NCBI GenBank assembly: GCA_022827685.1
Contig: JAJEIH010000150.1
Coordinates: 18,741-82,740 of the forward strand
Source of the DNA: Alphaproteobacteria bacterium
GTDB taxonomy: Bacteria > Pseudomonadota > Alphaproteobacteria > Bin95
Direction: 5' to 3'
Length of the DNA stretch: 64,000 nucleotides
Below, piece after piece: positions 9,857-20,073 of this stretch; within the stretch, counting starts at the first letter, position 1; every line of letters starts with the position of its first letter. A program made the position numbers and the translations under genes. The notes beneath the pieces were generated by a model that was not told the origin of the DNA, ran no database searches, and saw nothing but the letters and a program-made list of their open reading frames with translations.

Positions 9857-10684
9857 ATGGTGTTCTGGGGCGCGTGGTTTCCGCTCTCCCGGCTTTCTGT
9901 CACCGAATCGGTTACCCCGGAGGACCTGGCGATCCTCCGGGTCGGCCTGCCGGGCGTGCTGCTGCTGCCGGTGGCGCTCCGGCTGGGGTTCAAGGCCGGC
10001 AAGGCCGGTTGGTGGGGAACCGCGGCGATGGCGGGAACCATCGGCATTCCCTTCGCGCTGGTGCTGGGCACAGGCCTGCTCCACGCCCCGGCCGCCCACG
10101 CCGCGATCTTCATTCCCGGCGCCTTCCCGGCGCTGACGGCGCTGCTCGGCATCCTGCTACTGCGCGAGCGGGCCGGCGCGCTCCGGCTTGCCGGCGTCGG
10201 GCTGACCGTGGCGGGCGTGGGCCTCACCGCCGTCTCCGCGCTCGGACACGCGCCGCCGGGCGGCCTCGGCGGCTATGCGCTGTTCCATCTGGGCGCGTGG
10301 ATGTGGGCCATCTACACCGTGACGGCGCGCCGGGCGGAGGTCTCGCCGCTGCATGCGGCGGCAATCCTCTCCACCGTATCGACGGCCGCCTTCCTGCCGC
10401 TCTTCCTGCTGTTCGGCGAGAGCCGGCTGCTGGAGATTCCGTTCGGTTCCCTCGCCTGGCAGGCCTTCGTCCACGGCATTCTGGGCGGCATCGTCTCGAT
10501 CTGGCTTTACAGCTACGCCATCGGCGTTCTGGGCGCAGGCCGCACCGGCGTCTTCGCAGGGCTGGTGCCGGGGCTCGGCGCGCTCTTCTCCGCGCTGTTG
10601 CTGGGCGAGAGCCTTGCCTGGCCGGAACTCGCGGGCCTCGCGGTCGTCACCGCCGGCATCGTGATGGTGCAGGCGGGGCGGTAG
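9857..10684 (+). CDS. DMT family transporter (EamA-like); true start probably upstream of the first ATG
   Basis: Multi-TM hydrophobic sequence typical of EamA repeats. The first in-frame ATG (9857) would cut TM1 (AVAAALLAMVFWG). Only CTG codons are available between 9785 and 9857. Confidence 0.7.
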   Translation: MVFWGAWFPLSRLSVTESVTPEDLAILRVGLPGVLLLPVALRLGFKAGKAGWWGTAAMAGTIGIPFALVLGTGLLHAPAAHAAIFIPGAFPALTALLGILLLRERAGALRLAGVGLTVAGVGLTAVSALGHAPPGGLGGYALFHLGAWMWAIYTVTARRAEVSPLHAAAILSTVSTAAFLPLFLLFGESRLLEIPFGSLAWQAFVHGILGGIVSIWLYSYAIGVLGAGRTGVFAGLVPGLGALFSALLLGESLAWPELAGLAVVTAGIVMVQAGR

Positions 10685-10698
10685 GCCGGCGTCCTTCG

Positions 10699-11580
10699 CT
10701 ACCGTCCTCTTGCGATCCGCGTTTCGGCCGCGAGGTTCCACCAGGCGCCGGCGACGACCATACCGGCGCCGACGAGCACCATCGTCTCCGGGACTTCCAG
10801 ATAGAGCACGAAACCAACAAGGCCGAGCAGCGGAAGCTGGATATAGGTAACCGGCACCACGACCGAGATGTCGCCGAGGCGGATGGACTGGTTCATGGTG
10901 AGATGCGCGAGCACGCCCGTCAGGCCGACAATGGCGATCCAGCCGGCGTCCTCCCACACGACCGGCGTCCACTGGCCCCAATTGGCGAGAGCCGCGATGG
11001 GAAGCTGGATCACCAGCATCCAGAGCACGATCTGGATCGGCGTGTCGGTGCGCATCAGTTCCTTGGAGAGCACATTGGCGCCCGCATAGCCGGCGGCGCC
11101 GAAGATGCACACCAGCGCCGCCCACTCGACCGGCACGGCATGGGGGCGCAGGATGACCAGAACCCCCGCGAAGCCGAGCGCGATGACCGCCCAGCGCCGG
11201 AAACCCGCACGCTCGCCGAGGAAGCCGACCGCGAACAGGGTCGCCCAGATCGGCGTGGTCGCCATCAGCGCGCTCATGTCGATGAGGCTGAGCATCGCGA
11301 TGCCGTAAAACCAGGAATACTGGCCGACGAAGTGGACGCCGTTGCGCGCGAGGTGCAGGAACAGCCGCCGGGTGGCGATGCGCCCGGCGGCAAGCGCCAG
11401 CGGCAGGGCGGCAAGGAGGCCGACGAAACTCCTGAGCACCATGATCTGCGCCGTGGACATGGTGTCCGAGAGCTGCCGCGCGGCCACCGCCATCGCCATG
11501 AAGCAGAGCACCGTGGCGCACATCCAGAGCGCGCCGACGATATTGTTCCGGGCGGCGATGCGCCGGTCGGGCGCCCTCAT
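10699..11580 (-). CDS. DMT family transporter (EamA-like)
   Basis: Start MRAPDRR at 11580 forms an ATGA overlap with the upstream lyase stop. About 10 TM segments. Confidence 0.8.
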   Translation of the reverse strand: MRAPDRRIAARNNIVGALWMCATVLCFMAMAVAARQLSDTMSTAQIMVLRSFVGLLAALPLALAAGRIATRRLFLHLARNGVHFVGQYSWFYGIAMLSLIDMSALMATTPIWATLFAVGFLGERAGFRRWAVIALGFAGVLVILRPHAVPVEWAALVCIFGAAGYAGANVLSKELMRTDTPIQIVLWMLVIQLPIAALANWGQWTPVVWEDAGWIAIVGLTGVLAHLTMNQSIRLGDISVVVPVTYIQLPLLGLVGFVLYLEVPETMVLVGAGMVVAGAWWNLAAETRIARGR

Positions 11581-12932
11581 CCGCGGGGCGCGAGGCCGGC
11601 AAGCAGGCGGTCCACCATCTCCGGCGCCTCGCCCACATAGTTGCCGGGCTCGCAAAGCGCCGCGAGCGCGTCGCGGTCGAGCTTTGCCGTGACTTCCGGC
11701 ATGTCGAGCAGCACGTCGAGCAGGGCGCGCCGCTCGTCCGTGGCGATCCGGCAGGCCTCATAGACGAGGTCGTGCGCCGCCTGCCGGCCGAGCGCGGGCG
11801 CAAGGCCCATCATCACGGCCTCGGAGACGATCAGCCCGCGCGTCAGGTCCATATTGGCGCGCATGGCCTCGGGATCGACCCGCAGGCCCTCGACCAGGAA
11901 GCGCGCCTGGGCGAGCGCGCCCGAGGCCAGCACGAAAGCTTCCGGCAGCGCCGCCCATTCCACATGCCAGGGACCGGTGGAGCGTTCGAGGTCGGCCGCC
12001 ATCGAGTCCATCACGAGCGCGGTCCGGCTCTGCACCTGCTTGGCGCAGGCGAGGATGAGCTCGCTGGAAACGGGGTTGCGCTTCTGCGGCATGGTCGAGG
12101 ACCCGCCGCGGCCGGGCGCGAACGGCTCGAACACCTCGCCCGTCTCGGTCGCGGTCAGCAGCACCACGTCGGTCGCGATCTTGGCCAGCGAGCCGGTGGC
12201 GAGCGCGAGGAAGGCCATCGTCTCGGCGATGGTGTCGCGCGCCGTGTGCCAGGCGATGGCGGGGTGCGCGAGCCCCAGTTCCTCCATCAGCGCGTCGGCG
12301 ACCTCGAGCCCGCGCCCGTGCAGCGAGGCGAGCGTGCCGGCCGCGCCGGCGAACTGGCCCGTGAGCACGCGCGGGCGAAGCTGGTCGAGCCGCTCCAGAT
12401 GCCGCTCGACGGGCGCCAGCCACACCGCCGCCTTGTAGCCGAAGGTGACCGGCAGCGCGTGCTGGAGATGCGAGCGTCCGGCCATCGGCGTGTCCCGGTA
12501 TTCGCGGGCAAGGCGCGCCAGCCCGTCGCGGACGGCGCGCAGGTCCGCTTCCACCAGGTCGAGCGCGTCGCGGATCTGGAGGACGACGCCCGTGTCCTTG
12601 ATGTCCTGCGTGGTCGTGCCCCAATGGACGTAGCGCCCCGCATCCCCCTCGCAAAGGGCGGCGAGGCGGTGGACCAGCGGCATGATGGCGTAGCCGACCC
12701 GGTCCACCTCCTCGCGCATGAGCGCCATGTCGATAAGCGCCGCGTCGGCCTTGGCGGAAATCTCGGCCGCGGCCTCTTCCGGGATGATGCCGAGCCGACC
12801 CTGGACCCGCGCCAGCGCCGCCTCGACATCCAGCCACTTCTGCACCTGCCCGCGCTCGGAAAACACCGCCCGCATGGCGTCCGCGCCGAAGAGGTTCCCG
12901 TAGATCCCGCTGTCGATGATGGAGACTGGCAT
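11577..12932 (-). CDS. class II fumarase/aspartase family lyase (adenylosuccinate lyase / 3-carboxymuconate cycloisomerase-like)
   Basis: GSSTMPQKRNP signature loop; 451 aa. Confidence 0.85.
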   Translation of the reverse strand: MPVSIIDSGIYGNLFGADAMRAVFSERGQVQKWLDVEAALARVQGRLGIIPEEAAAEISAKADAALIDMALMREEVDRVGYAIMPLVHRLAALCEGDAGRYVHWGTTTQDIKDTGVVLQIRDALDLVEADLRAVRDGLARLAREYRDTPMAGRSHLQHALPVTFGYKAAVWLAPVERHLERLDQLRPRVLTGQFAGAAGTLASLHGRGLEVADALMEELGLAHPAIAWHTARDTIAETMAFLALATGSLAKIATDVVLLTATETGEVFEPFAPGRGGSSTMPQKRNPVSSELILACAKQVQSRTALVMDSMAADLERSTGPWHVEWAALPEAFVLASGALAQARFLVEGLRVDPEAMRANMDLTRGLIVSEAVMMGLAPALGRQAAHDLVYEACRIATDERRALLDVLLDMPEVTAKLDRDALAALCEPGNYVGEAPEMVDRLLAGLAPRG

Positions 12933-13066
12933 CGCCCCGCTCTTCCCCCGCTGCCGCCGGCGCGCGCAGCCTAGCGCATTTCGCCTCTCGCCGGCATGGC
13001 CCGCGCTTGCGGACGCGGAGGCGCGGAGGCAGTCTGTCGGCGCGGTTGCGGAGGGGAGGACCGGCG

Positions 13067-13771
13067 ATGGTGAAGGCGCTTCTGTTCGATGTGTTCGGCA
13101 CGGTGGTGGACTGGCGGGGCTCGGTGGCGCGGGAGGCCAAGAAGGCGCTGGCGCCGAAAGGCCACGAGCTCGACTGGCACGGTTTCGCGCGGCGCTGGCG
13201 GGACCGCTACCAGCCCGCGATGGAGGAAGTCCGCAGCGGGGCGAGGCCCTACACCATCCTCGACGTGCTGCACCGGGAGAACCTGGAGGCCCTGCTGGAG
13301 GAGTTCGGCGTGTCGGGCCTGAGCGAAGCGGAGAAGGACGACCTCAACCGCGCCTGGCACCGCCTCGACCCGTGGCCGGACGCGGTGCTCGGCCTGTCGC
13401 GGCTCAGGCGGAAATACATCATCGGCACCTGCTCCAACGGCAATATCGCGCTCATGGTGAACATGGCCCGCCATGCCAGGCTGCCCTGGGACACGATCCT
13501 CGGCGCGGAGGTTGCGCGGGCCTACAAGCCGCAGCCGGACGCCTACCGGCTGAGCTGCGCGGCGCTCGGCCTCGCACCTGAAGAGGTGATGATGACGGCC
13601 GCCCACAATGGCGACCTGCACGCCGCGGCCGCCCAGGGCATGGCGACCGCCTTCGTGCCCCGCCGGACGGAACACGGCCCCGGCCAGACGACCGACCTCG
13701 AAGCCGACCCTGGTTTCACCGTCGTGGCGGAAGACTTCATCGATCTGGCGGACCGGCTCGGCTGCCCCTGA
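13067..13771 (+). CDS. haloacid dehalogenase type II
   Basis: ATG at 13067 preceded by GGAGGA. FDVFGTVVDW nucleophile motif and YKPQPDAY motif. Confidence 0.85.
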   Translation: MVKALLFDVFGTVVDWRGSVAREAKKALAPKGHELDWHGFARRWRDRYQPAMEEVRSGARPYTILDVLHRENLEALLEEFGVSGLSEAEKDDLNRAWHRLDPWPDAVLGLSRLRRKYIIGTCSNGNIALMVNMARHARLPWDTILGAEVARAYKPQPDAYRLSCAALGLAPEEVMMTAAHNGDLHAAAAQGMATAFVPRRTEHGPGQTTDLEADPGFTVVAEDFIDLADRLGCP

Positions 13772-13787
13772 GGGCAGACGCGCCCGG

Positions 13788-14375
13788 TCAGGAGGCCAGC
13801 GCCTCCTCGACGAAGTCCAGCCGGTCCTGGCCGAAGAACATCTCGTCGCCGACGAAGAAGGTCGGCGCGCCGAACGCGCCGCGCGCCACCGCCTCCCCGG
13901 TATTGGCGATCAATTGCTGCTTGATAGCCGGCTCCTGCGTGGCGGCGAAGAGCGCATCGGCGTCGAGGCCGGCGGCGGTGAGCACCTCGCGCAGCACGTC
14001 GAGGTCGCCCGTGTTCTTCTCCTCGACCCACATCGCCGTGAACACGGCGTCGGCATAGGTCTTGAAGTATCCGTCGCGCTGGGCGGCGAGGCAGCCGCGC
14101 ATGAGCCCGAGCGTCATGATCGGGAAGAACGGGTTGCGCCGGAACGGCACGCCGTAGCGTTTGGCGAAGCGCGGCAGGTCGATGCCGTAATAGGCGGACT
14201 TGGCCGCCACGGTGCCCGGCGGCGTGTTGCCGGTCTCCTTGAAGACGCCGCCGAGAAGCATCGGCTTCCAGGCGATCTCCGCCCCGGTGCGCTCGGCGAT
14301 GCCGGGCATCTGCGTGTGGGCGAGATAGGCGGTCGGCGAGCCGACATCGAACCAGAATTCAAGGCGTTTCGGCAT
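13788..14375 (-). CDS. 2-hydroxychromene-2-carboxylate isomerase (DsbA-like fold)
   Basis: FWFDVGSPTAYL N-terminus and FGAPTFFVGDEMFFGQDRL C-terminus. Confidence 0.85.
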   Translation of the reverse strand: MPKRLEFWFDVGSPTAYLAHTQMPGIAERTGAEIAWKPMLLGGVFKETGNTPPGTVAAKSAYYGIDLPRFAKRYGVPFRRNPFFPIMTLGLMRGCLAAQRDGYFKTYADAVFTAMWVEEKNTGDLDVLREVLTAAGLDADALFAATQEPAIKQQLIANTGEAVARGAFGAPTFFVGDEMFFGQDRLDFVEEALAS

Positions 14376-14489
14376 GGAGGACTCCCGGTCTCCGCAGCGT
14401 TTTGCGGACTATAGAGCACGATCCCGCCGCATTGACAGGACAGGCCGGTTCGGGAATGGTCCGGGCCTTTCCGGGGAGAGGGACTATCC

Positions 14490-15332
14490 ATGTCCGACGG
14501 GACCATGCAGGCCGCAATCGACCGCGCCTGGGAAGACCGCGCCGCCATCGGGCCGGACACGAAAGGCGAGGCCCGTGATGCCATCGAGGCGGCGCTCGAC
14601 GCGCTCGACCGGGGCGAAGTGCGGGTCGCCGAGAAGGTCGACGGCGCGTGGCATGTCAACCAGTGGTGCAAGAAGGCGGTGCTGCTCTCCTTCCGGCTTG
14701 CGGATTCCGCCCCGGTCAGCGGCGGGCCGGACGGAGCGCCCTGGTACGACAAGGTGCCTTCCAAGTTCGAAGGCTGGGATGCGGCGCGCTTCGCCGGGGC
14801 CGGCTTCCGCGCCGTGCCCAACTGCGCGGTCCGGCATTCCGCCTACATCGCGCCGGGCGCCGTGCTGATGCCCTGCTTCGTGAATGTCGGCGCCCGGGTC
14901 GGCGAGAACACCATGATCGACACCTGGTCCACGGTCGGCTCCTGCGCCCAGGTCGGCGCCAACTGCCATATCTCGGGCGGCGTCGGGCTCGGCGGCGTGC
15001 TGGAGCCGCTCCAGGCGGAGCCGGTGATCGTCGAGGACAACTGCTTCATCGGCGCGCGCAGCGAGGTGGTGGAAGGCGTAATCGTCGGCGAAGGCGCGGT
15101 GCTCGCCATGGGCACCTTCATCTCCGCCACCACCAAGATCGTGAACCGCGACACCGGCGAGGTGCATACGGGCCGGGTGCCGCCCTACGCGGTGGTCGTG
15201 CCGGGGAGCCTGCCGGGTCGGCCGCTGCCGGACGGCAGCCCGGGGCCGAACCTCTCCTGCGCCGTCATCGTGAAGACGGTGGATGCGCAGACCCGCGCCA
15301 AGACGGCGATCAACGACCTGCTGCGCGACTGA
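14490..15332 (+). CDS. dapD: 2,3,4,5-tetrahydropyridine-2,6-dicarboxylate N-succinyltransferase
   Basis: 280 aa. N-terminal DapD helical domain ([15 protein letters not shown]) followed by hexapeptide repeats. Confidence 0.95.
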   Translation: MSDGTMQAAIDRAWEDRAAIGPDTKGEARDAIEAALDALDRGEVRVAEKVDGAWHVNQWCKKAVLLSFRLADSAPVSGGPDGAPWYDKVPSKFEGWDAARFAGAGFRAVPNCAVRHSAYIAPGAVLMPCFVNVGARVGENTMIDTWSTVGSCAQVGANCHISGGVGLGGVLEPLQAEPVIVEDNCFIGARSEVVEGVIVGEGAVLAMGTFISATTKIVNRDTGEVHTGRVPPYAVVVPGSLPGRPLPDGSPGPNLSCAVIVKTVDAQTRAKTAINDLLRD

Positions 15333-16465
15333 TGTCCGTGGGCGCCCTCGACCTCGCCCGCGCCCTCATCCGCTGCCCGAGCGTCACGCCGGCCGACGAG
15401 GGCGCGCTGGGTGTGCTGGAGGCGGCCCTGGAGCCGCTCGGCTTCGCCTGCGAGCGCATGCCGTTCAGCGCGCCCGGCACGCCGGACATCGACAATCTCT
15501 ACGCCCGGCGCGGCAGCGAGGGGCCGCTGTTCTGTTTCGCCGGGCACACCGATGTTGTGCCCGTGGGCGACCCTGCCGACTGGAGCGTGCCGCCCTTCTC
15601 GGCAACGGTCGCCGGCGGGCGGCTCACCGGACGCGGCGCGGCGGACATGAAGGGAGCGATTGCGGCTTTCGTCGAGGCCGTTTCACGCATCGGCCCGGTT
15701 CCCGGCTCCATCGCGCTGCTCATCACCGGCGACGAGGAAGGGCCGGCGGTCAACGGCACAAGGCCGATGCTGGAGCGGCTGGCGGCGCGGGGCGAGCGCA
15801 TCGAGGCCTGCATCGTCGGCGAGCCGACCAATCCCGCGCAGTTCGGCGAGATGATCAAGATCGGCCGGCGGGGCTCGCTCAACGCCCGCCTCGTCGTGGA
15901 AGGCGTGCAGGGCCACGCGGCCTATCCCGACCGCGCCGACAATCCCGTCCATCCGCTGCTTGCGATGACCCACGGCCTCGCCTCGACGCCGCTCGACCGG
16001 GGCACGGCGCATTTCCAGCCCTCGTCGCTCCAGGTCACCAGCGTCGATGTCGGCAACCCGACCACGAACCTGATCCCGGCCCGGGCGGAGGCGCGCTTCA
16101 ACATCCGCTTCAACGACCTGCATACGGGCGCCGGCCTGGAAGAGCGGCTGCGCGGCATGCTGGACCGGCAGGGCCACGCCTACAGGCTGGACGTCTCGGT
16201 CAGCGGCGAGTCCTTCCTGACGCCGCCCGGGCCGCTGGTGGAGCTCGCGGCCGGCGCGATGCGCGAGGTCACGGGCCGGTCGCCGGAACTCTCCACGTCC
16301 GGCGGCACGTCGGATGCGCGCTTCATCAAGGACTACTGCCCGGTGGTCGAGCTCGGCCTGGTGAGCGAGACGGCCCACAAGGTGGACGAATATCTGGAGG
16401 TCGAGGACCTCGAGAAGCTGACGCGCGTTTACGAGAAGATGCTCGCGGGCTATTTCCTCTCCTGA
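15332..16465 (+). CDS. dapE: succinyl-diaminopimelate desuccinylase
   Basis: ATG shares 1 nt with the dapD stop. M20 peptidase motifs AGHTDVVP and ITGDEEG. Confidence 0.95.
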   Translation: MSVGALDLARALIRCPSVTPADEGALGVLEAALEPLGFACERMPFSAPGTPDIDNLYARRGSEGPLFCFAGHTDVVPVGDPADWSVPPFSATVAGGRLTGRGAADMKGAIAAFVEAVSRIGPVPGSIALLITGDEEGPAVNGTRPMLERLAARGERIEACIVGEPTNPAQFGEMIKIGRRGSLNARLVVEGVQGHAAYPDRADNPVHPLLAMTHGLASTPLDRGTAHFQPSSLQVTSVDVGNPTTNLIPARAEARFNIRFNDLHTGAGLEERLRGMLDRQGHAYRLDVSVSGESFLTPPGPLVELAAGAMREVTGRSPELSTSGGTSDARFIKDYCPVVELGLVSETAHKVDEYLEVEDLEKLTRVYEKMLAGYFLS

Positions 16466-16488
16466 CACCGCTCGGGAGAGCGTTTCGG

Positions 16489-17031
16489 ATGCTCGGGGAA
16501 ATTCGGACGGGCTGCGCCGCCGCGCTGGCGCTGGCGGGCGGGAACACGGGGCCGGTCTCCGCGCTCACTGATTTCTGGCGCTCGTTCCGCGCGGCCGTTG
16601 TGGCGTTTCCGCTGTCGCTGCTGATGCTGGCCCTGGTGCCGCACGGTTTCGAGATGACGGGCAGGCTCATCGCGGCGGACATCGTCGGCTACATCTGCAC
16701 CTGGACCGCCTTTCCGCTCATCATGGTCTATATGGCGGACCGGATGCTGGTGTTCCCGCATTACTGGCGCTTCGTCATCGCCACCAACTGGGCGAACCTG
16801 CTGCAAAGCGCGGTCTTCACCGTTGTCGTGCTGGTGAACGCCGCGGCCTTCCTGCCGGAGCCCATCTCGGCCATGCTGTTCATGGCGGCCTGGTTCTGGA
16901 TCCTGCTGTTCAAATGGCGCCTTGCCCGCCACGGCCTCGGGATCAAGCATTTTCCCGCGGTCGCCATCGTGCTGCTCGACCTCGCGCTTCGCCTCGTCAT
17001 CGCCCGCGCCACGATCTGGTTCGGAAGCTGA
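16489..17031 (+). CDS. hypothetical membrane protein
   Basis: 180-aa ORF with 4-5 hydrophobic segments and GC-rich third codon positions by eye. I recognise no family. Confidence 0.55.
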   Translation: MLGEIRTGCAAALALAGGNTGPVSALTDFWRSFRAAVVAFPLSLLMLALVPHGFEMTGRLIAADIVGYICTWTAFPLIMVYMADRMLVFPHYWRFVIATNWANLLQSAVFTVVVLVNAAAFLPEPISAMLFMAAWFWILLFKWRLARHGLGIKHFPAVAIVLLDLALRLVIARATIWFGS

Positions 17032-17068
17032 ATGGCGGGAATTGCAGAGTCACGAAATTTTCTCTTGT

Positions 17069-17083
17069 GTTCCTGAAATATTC
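17069..17083 (+). promoter_or_regulatory. candidate alphaproteobacterial LexA (SOS) box upstream of recA
   Basis: GTTC-CTGAAAT-ATTC matches 7 of 8 positions of the GTTC-N7-GTTC direct-repeat consensus, about 72 nt upstream of the recA ATG. Confidence 0.4.
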
Positions 17084-17154
17084 CCTCTATGCAATTGGCC
17101 GGTGAATGGACCGGGGGCAAAAAATCGGCCTCCGGGCGAGCGGGGAGCGAGCAT

Positions 17155-18234
<1,080 letters not shown>

Positions 18235-18241
18235 CCGCCCC

Positions 18242-19114
18242 TCACGACCTCGGGTCGAGCGCGTCCTGGAGGGCGTCGCCGAGGAAGTTGAAGGCGATCA
18301 CCGTTGCGAAGATCAGCAGGCCCGGCCAGACGGCGAGGCGCGGGGCCTGCCAGATCGTCTCCTGGGCGTGGGCCAGCATATTGCCCCAGCTTGCGGCCGG
18401 CGGCTGGATGCCGAGCCCGAGAAAGGAGAGGACGCTTTCGAACAGGATGATGTTCCCAACCGAGAGCGTCGTCGCCACCAGGATCGGCGAGGCGACATTG
18501 GGGAGGATATGCCGGAGCGCGATGCGCCCGCTCCCGGCGCCCAGAGCCCGCGCCGCCCGCACATAGTCCTGGGCGCGGGCGGCGAGCGCGGCGGCGCGCA
18601 CCAGCCGGGCCACCGTGGTCCAGCCGACCAGCGCCACGATGGCGATGACCCGGAAGAGGCTGGCGTCCGTGCCGTCGTCGAGGCCGAGCTTGGCGGGATC
18701 GACCGCCGCCAGCACGATCAGCAGCGGCAGGAGCGGCAGCGCGATCACGCCGTCCGTCAGCCGCATGAGCGCGGTGTCGAACGCGCCGCCGCGATAGCCG
18801 GCCAACAGGCCGAGGCCCGTGCCGATGAGCGCGGCGATGAAGGCGGCGGCAAGCCCGACCGAGAGCGAGACCTGCCCGCCCCGGAGCAGCCGCGCCAGCA
18901 GGTCCCGCCCGAGGTCGTCGGCCCCCAGCGGGTGGGCGGCCGACGGCGGCGCATAGCGGGAGAACAGGTCCACCGACTCGGCGTCAATGCCGAGCGCCGC
19001 CTCGATGAGCGGCGCGGACCAGGCGGCGGCGGCCAGCAGCAGCAGGAAGACCGCGCCGGCGAGACCCGCCCTGTGGCGGCGGAAGCGCAGCCATGCAAGC
19101 GCGGCCGGGCTCAT
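18242..19114 (-). CDS. ABC transporter permease (DppC/OppC-like)
   Basis: 290 aa starting MSPAALAW. Binding-protein-dependent transport inner-membrane signature region. ATGA overlap with the upstream permease. Confidence 0.9.
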   Translation of the reverse strand: MSPAALAWLRFRRHRAGLAGAVFLLLLAAAAWSAPLIEAALGIDAESVDLFSRYAPPSAAHPLGADDLGRDLLARLLRGGQVSLSVGLAAAFIAALIGTGLGLLAGYRGGAFDTALMRLTDGVIALPLLPLLIVLAAVDPAKLGLDDGTDASLFRVIAIVALVGWTTVARLVRAAALAARAQDYVRAARALGAGSGRIALRHILPNVASPILVATTLSVGNIILFESVLSFLGLGIQPPAASWGNMLAHAQETIWQAPRLAVWPGLLIFATVIAFNFLGDALQDALDPRS

Positions 19115-20073
19115 GCCCCGGCCCGGAACGCGATGCGCGGGTCGAGCGCCACATATGCGCCGTCCGCGGCGATATTCGCGGCAAGCGTGGTGAAGGTCGC
19201 GAACAGCAGGCCGACGAGCGCGAGGTTGTAGTCGTTCGCCATCACGGCGTTGTAGATGAGCGCCCCCATGCCGGGATAACCGAACATGATCTCGGTGATG
19301 AGCGCGCCGGAGAACAGCGCTCCCATGTCGAGCGCGAGGATCGTCACCACCGGGATCATCGCGTTGCGCAGCACATGGCGGCGCACGACGGCGGCGCGCG
19401 AGAGGCCCTTGGCGCGCGCGGTGCGCACATAGTCCTGGCGCAGCGCCTCGCGCATGGAGGCGCGGACATAGCGCGTGATGCCGCCGGCCGAGAGCAGCCC
19501 GAGCACCGCGACCGGCAGCACCAGATGGCGCAGCCGCTCCAGCCAGCCCGCGTCTCCGGCCGCGGGCCAGCCTGTCGCCGGCAGCCATCCGAGCGTGACC
19601 GAGAAGAGCAGCATCGCCATGATCGCGAGCCAGAAGGGCGGCGTGGAAATGCCCGCGAAGCAGAGGAAGTTGACGGCGTAGTCGGCGAAGCGGTTGGCCT
19701 TGAGCGCGGCGAAAATGCCGGTCGGCAGCGCAATCGCGACCGAGAGCGCGAAGGCGAGCCCCATCAGCAGCGCGGTGTGCGGCAGCCGCTCCGCCAGCAG
19801 GTCGAGCGCCGGGCGGTGGTAGATGCGGCTGTGGCCGAAATCGCCGCCAAGCGCCTGTCCCGCCCAGGCGAGGTAGCGCTCCCAGACCGGGCGGTCGAGG
19901 CCGTAAAGCGCCTTGAGCCGCTCGGTGTCCTCCGAGGTCAGTTCCGGGTCGGCCGCGATCATGGCGTCGATCGGGTCGCCCGGCATCAGGCCGATCAGCC
20001 CATAGACGACGAAGGACATGACGGCCAGCACGATGGCCGCCTGCAGCAGGCGGCCGGCGAGAAAACGGCTCAT
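19111..20073 (-). CDS. ABC transporter permease (DppB/OppB-like)
   Basis: 320 aa starting MSRFLAGRLLQA, typical of DppB. ATGA overlap with the SBP gene. Confidence 0.9.
   Translation of the reverse strand: MSRFLAGRLLQAAIVLAVMSFVVYGLIGLMPGDPIDAMIAADPELTSEDTERLKALYGLDRPVWERYLAWAGQALGGDFGHSRIYHRPALDLLAERLPHTALLMGLAFALSVAIALPTGIFAALKANRFADYAVNFLCFAGISTPPFWLAIMAMLLFSVTLGWLPATGWPAAGDAGWLERLRHLVLPVAVLGLLSAGGITRYVRASMREALRQDYVRTARAKGLSRAAVVRRHVLRNAMIPVVTILALDMGALFSGALITEIMFGYPGMGALIYNAVMANDYNLALVGLLFATFTTLAANIAADGAYVALDPRIAFRAGA

Noticed and set aside
14432-14460. TTGACA-N17-AATGGT as the dapD promoter
   Set aside because: The -35 is perfect but the -10 is poor. It cannot be supported without TSS data.
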